The translations under genes were made by a program, and so were the position numbers. Under the pieces are notes generated by a model that saw nothing but the letters and a program-made list of their open reading frames with translations, did no database searches and was not told where the DNA came from. Below are positions 36,101 through 44,321 of a stretch of DNA of 44,321 nt, in pieces. Location: assembly GCA_026391755.1 (NCBI GenBank), contig JAPLDN010000273.1, positions 1 to 44,321 on the forward strand, read 5' to 3'. This DNA is from Bacteroidota bacterium. Lineage in GTDB: Bacteria; Bacteroidota; Bacteroidia; Bacteroidales; FEN-979. Within the stretch, counting starts at the first letter, position 1; the number at the start of each line of letters is the position of its first letter.

Positions 36101-39018
36101 TTGGAAAAAGCCGTGGGCAGAACATCATAATTATATGGTCCTTTATCCTGGGGATAATACGCGAAATTCAGAACGGCAAGGTTGACGGGAACACCATTTA
36201 ATGGCTGCTTGTTTGGGAAGACTTCCGTCTCCCATACCTGCCTTGCATACTGGGTCGACAACTCCTGGCTTGTAACATTGGGAGGGACCAGGCTTGTATT
36301 TTTATCGTAAAACAAGGGGTCGATGATGTACCACGCAAGTTTCGCACGATTGAAGCCGTATTCACGTTTTGTGCCGTTAGCCGCCTCCGGGAACATACCA
36401 AGAGTGGTCTGCATCTGGGGAGTTGAAGCAAGGTACCATGTACCTATGTTTTTCAAGTCGATCGTCGACTTGGCTCCTTCAAAATCATCAATATAGGTCG
36501 TGCCGGATTTCCCGATTGCCTTGGAATGTCCCGGTATGAACTGGGCAAATTCTGCGTCAATTGAAACGTTGGAAGGGGCTTTGGTTGAAATGAAAGGCAG
36601 GGCATCGACAAGCCGCGTGATCAGGCGGGACTGGGCGCGGTATGAAAGGTTAACACCCCAGATTGTGTTCGACATGGGCTCATCCCCGTAATTCACTTTT
36701 GTTGTAAGAGGGCGCTCATTCAGGTTCATGATGGTGGCGCCTATATTGAAATCTTTGTTCAATTTATAATCCAGGTGAGCGCCTATCAGGCGTTTGGTCT
36801 GTATATTGAACATCTGGTTGCTTTCCATCGATATATTGATGGGGGTTCCCGAATTGAGCAGTCCTTCATTAATGATACGAACCCGGCCAAGGGTATAATC
36901 CACGGTAAAGTCTACATTCTCGGTAAGCTGCACTCCGCCGGCGGTAACCCTGACCGAACCCTGGGGTACGTTAAGAGCATTAAGTGATATTTCAGAACCC
37001 GTAGTGGATTTATAAAACCCGTCCAGGACAAACTTGTTTTTATCAGGATATTGCCGGGCCTGAGACTTTGTAAGAGTGTAAAGGGAGTCATAGCAATATT
37101 TTGCTGCAATCGCGAGAGACCCGGAGGGGTCATTGGGATCGTAGATCGAATCCCTCAGGGATTGTCCGAAAGGTTCCAGGACTGTAAAAAATATCCTTCC
37201 GTTGGACGATTGAATAGTACCCCCCATCGTGGCAGCCTGGTCAAGAAAATCGAACATCCCATCGGGCGGAGGGTTCCACTGCATGTTCAGGTTGTCGAAA
37301 TTTAAAACCCTGAGAAGTGGTACACCTTTGATGCGGCTTTCACTGATATATGCTGTAGGCACACCATTGGAATTTCCGTTATAGAGCACATTGAGTGTGA
37401 AGTTTGCCGACTGCACCTGGTATGCACCAAGCGAATACACATTTTTCATCATCAGGTTCCAGAGGGGAATACGCGTATTCAGCGAGGTACTCTTCAGGAG
37501 TTTAACAACGAGACTGTTTGGTGTGTTGATACCCTGGTCTGAAAACTCCCCAACCTGGTAAACCTTTGGATCACCAACAATCTGGTACTGGTATGAAACA
37601 GCAAGTGTCTGATCGGAATTGAGATTGGTGTTAAGGGAGATAAAACCAAGCTTGGAGTTGAAAGAGTATTCCGTCGGAAGCAGCTTTCGCGCACTTTCGA
37701 TCTTTTCAAAATCCAGACCCGAAACCAGGAAAAACGGTGAGCCTTTAAGATATTCTGTAACGGTGTTTATATTGCGGACCTTGGCGGAGTCAGCGGCGGT
37801 GGGCATTATCCTCGAGAAAAGGGTGTTCGAAGAATTAGAAGGCAGAGACTGCCCGGGATTGGGATAAAACTGCTGCTTATTATAGGGGTTGAATTCACCC
37901 AGGTCCTGGAAAGCAACGATATTACGGTTCTCCGTAACAGCAGCGCCGATATTGGTGACCCATACTTCAATTTTTACAATATTTACAGCAGAGTTGACGA
38001 TCGGAAGTGACTTCAGGGCTTCCCGATAATGATCCCGAAAATACTGAGCAACAAAGAAATGGCGATTCTCTTCATATTCATCGGCCCTCAGCCTGAACTT
38101 GTTTGTTTGCGCATTTCCCTGGACCGTAAGGGTTTTCGTTTCGCTTTTTTGCTGGGAATAGAGAGCTGTTACACTCAGGCGGCCGAATCTCAACTTGGTC
38201 TTGATCCCAAAGAGGCTTTCGGTACCTTTGATGAGAGTTGTATTCAACGGCATGTTTACATTACCCCCTTCGATCAGCTGGATGATATCATCTTCCTTGC
38301 CCTCATACTTAAGTTTGAGTGTGTTCTCAAAATCAAAAGTGGCCTGTGTATTGTAATTGATCTTGAATTCAATCTTGTCGCCGATCTTTGCGATCACATT
38401 CAACTGGATCTTTTCATCAAAATCAAAATTGGTCTGCCTCCTTTGTCGTGTATTCAGCATGGGGTCATCTCTCCTGTTTGAGACTATGCCGAAATTGATC
38501 TGTGCTGATCCCTGCGGACGTATATCAACAGTATTGTTCCCGAATATAGTTTCAAAGAATTTTCCCGGGATATGAATCTTGGGGATCATTCCCCTTGAGT
38601 TATCCATCCCTGCAGCCTCAGCCCGTTCCTTCCAGTATGATTGCAGGAGATTCTGCATATCCTGGTCCTGGAACTCGCTGAACGACATGGTGGTGGGAAT
38701 ACGGTAGGTTTCATTCCCGACTTTATAAAGATTATAATACTGGTTGGTGGCGGGGTCGTATTCAACGACTGTTTTAATGTTCGAAGGGGTTTTAAGGTAA
38801 AGAGGGCTGGTTTTTCCCCCTCCCGGCAGGGTCCCGTCGTACGAAAAGGGATATCTCAGGGTAGTATCGGAATTCCTGTTTGTATCAGCTGCAAAAAGAA
38901 GATCCGGGGTTCGTCCAAGGCTCTGCCCCGGCCGACCGGAATATGACGGCATAGCAAGACCTTGGAGAACCAGTAAGACAAGACAGTATTTTACAGCAAT
39001 GTTAAAGTAATTCACCAA
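33103..39018 (-). CDS. sprA: SprA (T9SS translocon, Sov-like) N-terminal 1971-aa segment
   Basis: Very large secreted beta-barrel protein. The N-terminus (..LRYPFSYDG..SPLYLKTPSNIKTVVEYDPATNQYY..) and the ruvA-sprA-gcvH neighbourhood fit Bacteroidota sprA. The start is uncertain (TTG 39018 or GTG 39015). It ends in a Lys-rich linker just before the frameshift. Confidence 0.85.
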   Translation of the reverse strand: MVNYFNIAVKYCLVLLVLQGLAMPSYSGRPGQSLGRTPDLLFAADTNRNSDTTLRYPFSYDGTLPGGGKTSPLYLKTPSNIKTVVEYDPATNQYYNLYKVGNETYRIPTTMSFSEFQDQDMQNLLQSYWKERAEAAGMDNSRGMIPKIHIPGKFFETIFGNNTVDIRPQGSAQINFGIVSNRRDDPMLNTRQRRQTNFDFDEKIQLNVIAKIGDKIEFKINYNTQATFDFENTLKLKYEGKEDDIIQLIEGGNVNMPLNTTLIKGTESLFGIKTKLRFGRLSVTALYSQQKSETKTLTVQGNAQTNKFRLRADEYEENRHFFVAQYFRDHYREALKSLPIVNSAVNIVKIEVWVTNIGAAVTENRNIVAFQDLGEFNPYNKQQFYPNPGQSLPSNSSNTLFSRIMPTAADSAKVRNINTVTEYLKGSPFFLVSGLDFEKIESARKLLPTEYSFNSKLGFISLNTNLNSDQTLAVSYQYQIVGDPKVYQVGEFSDQGINTPNSLVVKLLKSTSLNTRIPLWNLMMKNVYSLGAYQVQSANFTLNVLYNGNSNGVPTAYISESRIKGVPLLRVLNFDNLNMQWNPPPDGMFDFLDQAATMGGTIQSSNGRIFFTVLEPFGQSLRDSIYDPNDPSGSLAIAAKYCYDSLYTLTKSQARQYPDKNKFVLDGFYKSTTGSEISLNALNVPQGSVRVTAGGVQLTENVDFTVDYTLGRVRIINEGLLNSGTPINISMESNQMFNIQTKRLIGAHLDYKLNKDFNIGATIMNLNERPLTTKVNYGDEPMSNTIWGVNLSYRAQSRLITRLVDALPFISTKAPSNVSIDAEFAQFIPGHSKAIGKSGTTYIDDFEGAKSTIDLKNIGTWYLASTPQMQTTLGMFPEAANGTKREYGFNRAKLAWYIIDPLFYDKNTSLVPPNVTSQELSTQYARQVWETEVFPNKQPLNGVPVNLAVLNFAYYPQDKGPYNYDVLPTAFSKGLTQEGTLAFPETRWGGIMRRIETTDFDAANVQYIEFWMMDPFAYDSTNSGELYFNLGDVSEDILRDGRKSYENGLPTTASTRDATGEAIVDTTIWGRVPRLQALVDAFDNDPASRPYQDVGYDGLMDADERTFFDTIYVSKVRGAFGSGSQAFKNASADPSGDDYHYFRGTDYDNDPQYSSVLERYKMFNGPEGNSPTQSQSPESYPTLATTIPNVEDINKDNTLSEAERYYQYIVHLRRDQMQAGMNYINNVYYATNIPLANGQRGAVKWYQFKIPVRTPDKVIGNISDFTSIRFMRVFFKNFVRPIVCRFATLELTRGEWRRYTNSLLAPGEYIPDNQQSQTTFDIATVSIEENGSKQPIPYVMPPGIERETNWGSTNMQKLNEQSMSFKVCNLVDGDARGAYKTCEFDFRQFKFLNMFVHAEKSIESQDVKTGDLTVFIRIGSDFTDNFYEYDIPLHFTPWGTSANNPDAIWPDANAFNIDLNRLVQVKYNRYVVMAQHGANVSLSYPYSEMDGANMITIVGSPTISDVKSIMIGVRNPKKGGQNKDDDGQAKCAEIWVDELRLTGFNKQGGWAATARLAVDLADLGRVQFTGSYSSSGFGSLEQKQTERAMEAITMFGFDTDLELGKFFPAKSGIRIPMHFDYSMQKNTPKYDPLNPDLYLSDVLKIYDTQAQKDSIKQLTEGYTYRKNFNLMNVRKEKTNLSRKPKIYDIENFNISYAYSEIFHRDVDIEYDLQKKYLGALAYNYSAIPPSVVPLSKVKFLQSKYLSLFRDFNFSYLPKSFSFRTDMNREFDTRKFRNKTQAMVPMETFYIKTWNWSRLYDLKWDFARSFKVSLVANAQAFINEPPGVIDRSNRSQVWDQIFSFGTMNNYNQAFSVTWDLPLSKIPFIDWISLTAGYQGSYRWTGSALSVQPTFGNTAENNSTKLLNGNLNFVNLYNKIPYLKKINMGNQKNQKNDKGGPGKLTDKNAKTASADTLKGQKPKKAIGKRMDYP

Positions 39019-39068
39019 TTCCGTTTTGTTCCGTTAGCCAAGCTGAGTGAACTCAATGCAAACAAACG

Positions 39069-39653
39069 CTATAACATCCTCAGCGCCTGCTTGATAAGCT
39101 GTTCCACTGATAAACCGGAGCCTTCTGCTTCGATAATCTTGTTTAATACTTTCTCCGCCAGCACCTTGGGAAAACCCAAAATACCTAATGCAGATAACGC
39201 TTCTTCCCGGCTTGTATTGTGTAAAACCCCTGATTTTTCGGAAGGAATCAGGTGCCTGGAGAGTTTGTTTTTTAAGTCGATAATGATACGTTCGGCTGTT
39301 TTACTTCCAATCCCTTTAATTCTTTGCAGCATCGGGGCATTCCCGTCGACTATGGCCTGGGCTACTTCATTGGGATTCAGTGATGAAAGAATTATGCGGG
39401 CTGTATTTACGCCAACCCCTGATACGCTGATCAATTGGCGAAAAAGGTCCCGCTCCCCTGTATCTATAAAACCGAAGAGCATATGCGCATCCTCTCTCAC
39501 GACCAGGTGAGTGAACAGAAGGCAGCTTTCTTCATCGCCAAGTCTGGAATAAGTATAAACCGAAATATTCAGGTAAAATGCAACACCATTGCAATCGATC
39601 ACTGCGTAGGCAGGATTCTTTTCGACCAGGCGGCCTTTAAGATATTCATACAT
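39069..39653 (-). CDS. ruvA: Holliday junction branch migration protein RuvA
   Basis: 194 aa with the N-terminus MYEYLKGRLVEK and the HhH motifs ..LISVSGVGVNTARIIL.. and ..RIKGIGSKTAERII... Confidence 0.93.
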   Translation of the reverse strand: MYEYLKGRLVEKNPAYAVIDCNGVAFYLNISVYTYSRLGDEESCLLFTHLVVREDAHMLFGFIDTGERDLFRQLISVSGVGVNTARIILSSLNPNEVAQAIVDGNAPMLQRIKGIGSKTAERIIIDLKNKLSRHLIPSEKSGVLHNTSREEALSALGILGFPKVLAEKVLNKIIEAEGSGLSVEQLIKQALRML

Positions 39654-39656
39654 AAA

Positions 39657-41024
39657 CTATTTTATTTGTTGGTTCAATGCCTGCTCCAGCTCACGCCACG
39701 TAATAGGTTTGGCAATAATCTTTTTATCCCGGTCGAGAAGGTACATCGTGGGAGTTGCATAGATATTATATTCGTCTTCGGCTTTGCCGGAATAACCCTT
39801 CAATTCAGAGACATTGATCCAGTTAAGCTTTTCCTTTTTTATGAAAGAGGCCCACGCAGTCCTGCTGGTATCAAGGGAAACGGCAACAACCTCGAGCCTT
39901 TTTGTTTTCTGTTTATCATACCATGCTTTGAGATTCGGCATCATTTCAGTACAATGTGGACACTGGCTGGACCAGAAAACCAGCAGGGTGAATTCGTTTT
40001 TCAGGGCAAGCAGGCTTATTGTATTCCCTTTAAGATCGGGAACTTCGATTGCAGGCGCTGTCTTCCCGATAGACAGTTTCTTGAAGTTATCCAGTTTTTT
40101 CTGCAGGGTCGATTTTCGCGCAGCATCTTCGCATGAAAACGGATCCTGGAAGTTGTCGGCAATATAGGTTATGACATCATCAAAATGGTATTTATCGAAA
40201 CCTCCTACGAGATAATCAAGCATGAACTTATAAACATTGGGGTTTACCGAGGCGGCACCGAGGGCCACTGTAACGGCTTTGATGAATTCGCCCTCAAGTT
40301 GTCTCTGGCTGAACCGGTTATTCTGATATAATGCGAGGTAAGAGATTATCTTATCGGCAAATACATTGCTCCTGAGAAGGGCTGTGTCGTTGAAATCAAC
40401 CTTATCCCAGTAATGCTGCTTAAGAAATTCTATCCTGTCATTTGCAGAAAGAGAGGCTGAAATATAAGGTGTACGTATCACCTTTTCCATCCTGATTGCA
40501 TATAATCCCGGATATTTATCAGATACCGAATCCAGGCGGGCAAGCTGAATTTTCTGGGTTGTTTCAAACTCAGTCACCGCATTTCTGTAAAATTCATTCC
40601 TGGCAGGGTAAAAATCCACCAGGGGCATCAGCAATTCCAGTTTTGACTGGCTTGTCCTTCCCATTGAAGTAAACGATTGAAATATCTGATTTTCCAGAGA
40701 TGACAATACCTTAAGTGAGTCCTGAGGAAAGCTGTCCCAGGTCTCAAATTTCACGTTTTCACGGTTCAGGATAAGGTTTACAAATCCTGTCTTGCTCCAG
40801 CCCACCTTGTAAAAACCCGGGGCGAAGCCAGTTGGTAAAATAAAGTGAATCCTGCCCAACGAATCGGAGATGGTTGAATCCGACACCTTTATCCGCTCCC
40901 CATACATACCTGAAAGATAAACCTTTGAATTTGACAGAGCGTGGATGGTCCCCTCAAGCGAGTTCTGGGAGGAACATAACACAGATGAAAGAAGAAACGC
41001 CGGCAGCAGAACCTTTCTGATCAT
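39657..41024 (-). CDS. Thioredoxin-fold (TlpA/AhpC-TSA-like) protein with a ~300-aa N-terminal extension
   Basis: 455 aa with a signal peptide and a C-terminal redoxin domain carrying FWSSQCPHC. Confidence 0.8.
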   Translation of the reverse strand: MIRKVLLPAFLLSSVLCSSQNSLEGTIHALSNSKVYLSGMYGERIKVSDSTISDSLGRIHFILPTGFAPGFYKVGWSKTGFVNLILNRENVKFETWDSFPQDSLKVLSSLENQIFQSFTSMGRTSQSKLELLMPLVDFYPARNEFYRNAVTEFETTQKIQLARLDSVSDKYPGLYAIRMEKVIRTPYISASLSANDRIEFLKQHYWDKVDFNDTALLRSNVFADKIISYLALYQNNRFSQRQLEGEFIKAVTVALGAASVNPNVYKFMLDYLVGGFDKYHFDDVITYIADNFQDPFSCEDAARKSTLQKKLDNFKKLSIGKTAPAIEVPDLKGNTISLLALKNEFTLLVFWSSQCPHCTEMMPNLKAWYDKQKTKRLEVVAVSLDTSRTAWASFIKKEKLNWINVSELKGYSGKAEDEYNIYATPTMYLLDRDKKIIAKPITWRELEQALNQQIK

Positions 41025-41064
41025 TTTTCGGAGTATTAAAGTTTGGAATCTTCGGATAATAACA

Positions 41065-41090
41065 CCGCCGGGATAAAACTATCCCGGCGG
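41065..41090 (-). terminator. Stem-loop downstream of the TlpA-like gene (likely terminator)
   Basis: Perfect 11-bp stem CCGCCGGGATA-aaac-TATCCCGGCGG lies 20 nt past the stop at 41111. On the minus strand it is followed by tgttattat, a weak U-tract. Confidence 0.55.
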
Positions 41091-41110
41091 CATCAATGAA
41101 AATTCGATTT

Positions 41111-42247
41111 TTACTTCTTTCCCTTCTTTGCGACAACTTTCTTTTCAGGAACTGCAGGACCTAATAATTCTGCAAGTTTCTTTGTAAGATCTTCACCGCG
41201 GAGGTTCCTTCCGACAATCTTCATGTCTTTGTCAAGCAGCACATTGGCAGGGATAGACATAATTCCATAAAGTTTCCCGGCAGCATTGCCCCAACCCTGG
41301 AGATCGGAGACCTGGTTCCATATGAGCCCGTCGTCTTTAATAGCCTTTACCCATTTTGCATGGTCCTTGTCGAAGGAAACCCCAAGGATATCAAAGCCCT
41401 TTCTATTATATGCTGAGAAGGCTTTTACCACATTTGGATTTTCGCCACGGCAGGGGCCGCACCAGGATGCCCAGAAATCAACAAGTAGCACTTTCCCCTT
41501 CAGGGAAGACAGGGTAAGCGGTTTCCCTGTGGTATCGTTCATTGTGAAGTCAGGAGCTACCTGACCTATCTGAACCGATTTAAGAATTTCAATTCTTTTT
41601 TTAATGGTCTGCACATAGGTAGAAGCATTAAGACCGGTATCGAATATTGCTGCAGATTCTTCAAGTTCGGGGAGTTCAAACTGGTAAGCAGAACGCATGA
41701 TCAGGTATGGTCCAACTACAGAGGCAGGATTAGACTTTGCAAAAGCTACGACATTCGTTTTAACGGCCTTATCAAGAGCGTCGGAGACCGAATCGGCTTT
41801 TTTCATTTTCACTGTATCGTTTACCTCTTTTGCCGCCCTGTACTCCTTGTAACAGGCTTCCATCAGCTTGTTCAGGCTGTCACTCTGTTTTTGGTATTTT
41901 TTAAACAGGTCGTTAGTGGCAGAACCGGTAATAACTGCCTTATCCACACTGTCGGCATAAACTTCTATATTGATTTTTGCATTCTCAACAAAAACGGGCA
42001 AAAACAACTTGCTTTTATCGGTGATAAACCACATTTCGGGAAGGCCAATCTTTCCTTTGAAAGTGAACGAACCTTTCTGAAGCTTGGCCGAATCGATTTT
42101 CACCCAATCCGAGACTTCGTATTTCTGAAGATAAACAGTACCGCTGTCTGTGCCGATGATCTTACCACTGATAGTGAAACTGTCCTTTTTCCCTGCGCAG
42201 GATGCCAGGATGGCCCCTATAAAAAGGAGTAATGCAATTTTTTTCAT
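41111..42247 (-). CDS. TlpA-family disulfide reductase lipoprotein (DUF4369-like N-terminal domain plus thioredoxin domain)
   Basis: 378 aa with the lipobox ILASC and the motif FWASWCGPC. It has a Lys-rich C-terminus. Confidence 0.85.
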   Translation of the reverse strand: MKKIALLLFIGAILASCAGKKDSFTISGKIIGTDSGTVYLQKYEVSDWVKIDSAKLQKGSFTFKGKIGLPEMWFITDKSKLFLPVFVENAKINIEVYADSVDKAVITGSATNDLFKKYQKQSDSLNKLMEACYKEYRAAKEVNDTVKMKKADSVSDALDKAVKTNVVAFAKSNPASVVGPYLIMRSAYQFELPELEESAAIFDTGLNASTYVQTIKKRIEILKSVQIGQVAPDFTMNDTTGKPLTLSSLKGKVLLVDFWASWCGPCRGENPNVVKAFSAYNRKGFDILGVSFDKDHAKWVKAIKDDGLIWNQVSDLQGWGNAAGKLYGIMSIPANVLLDKDMKIVGRNLRGEDLTKKLAELLGPAVPEKKVVAKKGKK

Positions 42248-42410
42248 GTGACGGTTTTTTTAATTGATTGCAAAGGTATGGATTTCCCCAATAAAAAATT
42301 TTCTATTTTTACCGGAGGATTGGATATCCCGGGCCCAGATTACTGCTGTTTCTCCTTTTACAGGGTAATAGCAAGGATTAAAGGCTTTTATTAACCGTAA
42401 CCCGGCATTT

Positions 42411-44321
42411 ATGAAATATATCGCCATTCTCTTAAGTTTCCTTTTCATCTTTTGCGAAAAGGGTTATTCACAGCCTGAGGCAAAAAAATCATTGCCTAAG
42501 TACGATCTCAACACCGAACCTGTGCTCTACACAGTGGCTTACGCGCATCTGGATACCGAGTGGAGATGGGATTACGAGGAGACTATTAATAAATTCATCA
42601 AAGCCACGATGGATGACAATTTCCAGTTCTTTGAGAAGTACAAACAATATGTTTTTACCTTTTCCGGCGCCAGGCGTTACAAGATGATGAAGGAATATTA
42701 TCCCGAGCGGTATGAGAAAGTAAAAAAATACATCAGCCAGGGCCGGTGGTTTGTTGGAGGTTCATCGGTGGATGAATGCGATGCCAACATTCCATCCCCT
42801 GAATCCATTATCCGTCATGTATTATACGGAAACAATTATTTCAGGAGTGAATTCGGTAAAGAGAGTGTGGATTTCCTCCTTCCCGATTGTTTTGGTTTCC
42901 AGGCAAACCTGCCCTCGGCACTCGCCCATGCCGGGTTGAAAGGTTTTTCGACCCAGAAGCTTGTATGGGGCTCGGCTGTGGGTATCCCGTTTAACATAGG
43001 AACCTGGAAAGGCACCGACGGCAAAGGAGTGCTTGCCGCCCTTAATGCTACTGACTACGGCGGGGATGTTGAGCCCCGTTGTGATACTGTCAAGGCATGG
43101 GTTGACCGTGTTCTGGATAATGGAAAGAAATATGGAGTTTACGCCGATTACCGGTATTTTGGCACCGGCGACATTGGCGGCGCTCCTTCCCCTTTGGCCG
43201 TAAAAAACGCAATAGGTTCGCTGAACAATCCCGACAGCAAAATAAAACTTTACTTATGCTCCTCCGACCAGCTGTTCAGGGACCTTACAGAAGCCCAGGC
43301 AGCAAAGCTTCCAACCTATACAGGGGATCTTCTGCTGACCCAGCATTCTGCAGGATCCCTTACTTCCCAAGCCTATATGAAACGCTGGAACAGGAAGAAT
43401 GAACTCCTGGCTCAGGCTGCCGAGCCGCTTGCAGTTTTCGCCGACCTGGCCGGTGGAGTCAGATATCCGCAGTCACAACTTAATTCGGCCTGGTGGCTGG
43501 TACTCGGAAGCCAGATGCACGACATCCTGCCCGGAACCTGCATCCCGAAGGCCTATGAATACGCCTGGAATGATGAAGTGCTGGGGCTTAACCTGTTCTC
43601 CGGCGCTTTGCAATCATCGGCAGCTTCGGTGATCCATGGAATGGACACAAGGGGCAGCGGCCAAAGTGTCGCGGTTTACAACCCTCTTGCCATCCCCCGC
43701 AAAGCTATTGTTGAAGTGGAACTTAACTATACCGAGGCCCCTCCTGAATTCGTAAAAGTAATGGGACCCGACGACAAAGAGGTTCCTGTTCAGATCCAGT
43801 ATAAGACGAAACATTCCATGCGTATCTTATTCCTGGCTTCACTACCATCATTAGGGATTTCGGTGTTCGACGTCCAGCCGGCTGTTACAGCTGCAGTTAT
43901 GAAACCGGCGCTAAAAGCCACTGCAAACAGCATGGAGAATGAATTCCTTAAGGTTACCATAAACCAAAATGGCGATATCAGCAGTATTTTTGACAAACGC
44001 ATGAATAAGGAAATGCTGTCGGCCCCGGCCCGACTGGAGTTCCTTCATGAATACCCCGAATATTGGCCGGCCTGGAATATGGACTGGCGCGACCGGAAAA
44101 ACCCGCCCATAGATTATGTCAAAGGCCCCGCAACAATAAGCCTGGTATACAACAGCAACCTCAGCGATGTGATTAAAATAGAGCGCAAAGGCAGGAATTC
44201 TGATTTCACCCAGTATATTTCGCTCACTGCCGGGCAGGAATGTATTGTCGTACGCAATGAGGTTGCCTGGCAGTCGAAAGGCGTGAGCCTCAAAGCTTCA
44301 TTCCCGTTAACAGCATCCAAC
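42411..44321 (+). CDS. Glycoside hydrolase family 38 alpha-mannosidase (5-prime partial, continues beyond the window)
   Basis: This gene is not in the supplied ORF track because it has no stop in the window. From the ATG at 42411 there are 637 open codons to the last base. It has the signal MKYIAILLSFLFIFC and the GH38 motifs AHLDTEWRW, GRWFVGGSSVDE and LPDCFGF. Confidence 0.85.
   Translation, partial: MKYIAILLSFLFIFCEKGYSQPEAKKSLPKYDLNTEPVLYTVAYAHLDTEWRWDYEETINKFIKATMDDNFQFFEKYKQYVFTFSGARRYKMMKEYYPERYEKVKKYISQGRWFVGGSSVDECDANIPSPESIIRHVLYGNNYFRSEFGKESVDFLLPDCFGFQANLPSALAHAGLKGFSTQKLVWGSAVGIPFNIGTWKGTDGKGVLAALNATDYGGDVEPRCDTVKAWVDRVLDNGKKYGVYADYRYFGTGDIGGAPSPLAVKNAIGSLNNPDSKIKLYLCSSDQLFRDLTEAQAAKLPTYTGDLLLTQHSAGSLTSQAYMKRWNRKNELLAQAAEPLAVFADLAGGVRYPQSQLNSAWWLVLGSQMHDILPGTCIPKAYEYAWNDEVLGLNLFSGALQSSAASVIHGMDTRGSGQSVAVYNPLAIPRKAIVEVELNYTEAPPEFVKVMGPDDKEVPVQIQYKTKHSMRILFLASLPSLGISVFDVQPAVTAAVMKPALKATANSMENEFLKVTINQNGDISSIFDKRMNKEMLSAPARLEFLHEYPEYWPAWNMDWRDRKNPPIDYVKGPATISLVYNSNLSDVIKIERKGRNSDFTQYISLTAGQECIVVRNEVAWQSKGVSLKASFPLTASN

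Overview
This is a 44.3-kb chromosomal segment that looks Bacteroidota-derived. Supporting markers are the T9SS translocon gene sprA flanked by ruvA and gcvH, an ECF sigma/FecR/TonB-receptor/DUF4249 cluster, several TlpA-type thioredoxin lipoproteins, and TAnnTTTG-type -7 boxes. Gene content is mostly housekeeping: manA, dCMP deaminase, dxs, sufBCDSE plus a DUF59 gene, thiL, uvrC, gcvH, ruvA, an APC amino-acid permease, a TauE exporter, an isoaspartyl peptidase, an MFS transporter and a Rieske protein. A GH38 alpha-mannosidase runs off the right edge and is therefore missing from the ORF track. I found no rRNA, tRNA, CRISPR, transposase, integrase or recognisable defence genes. The unusual signal is in the non-coding DNA. 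At least nine degenerate tandem arrays of 7-8 nt units, most with a GGAT/ATCC core, sit on gene boundaries and supply several stop and start codons. One array is translated inside the permease and carries a (G3N4)9 motif. A second element type is a ~73-nt REP-like hairpin present twice, with paired compensatory substitutions between the copies. Every junction of the suf operon is occupied by one of these elements. Two genes are frame-disrupted: sprA, where the shift is confined to a 20-nt window, and a YkuD-type L,D-transpeptidase. These could be real pseudogenes or assembly indels. All family assignments come from motif recognition by eye; no searches were run.
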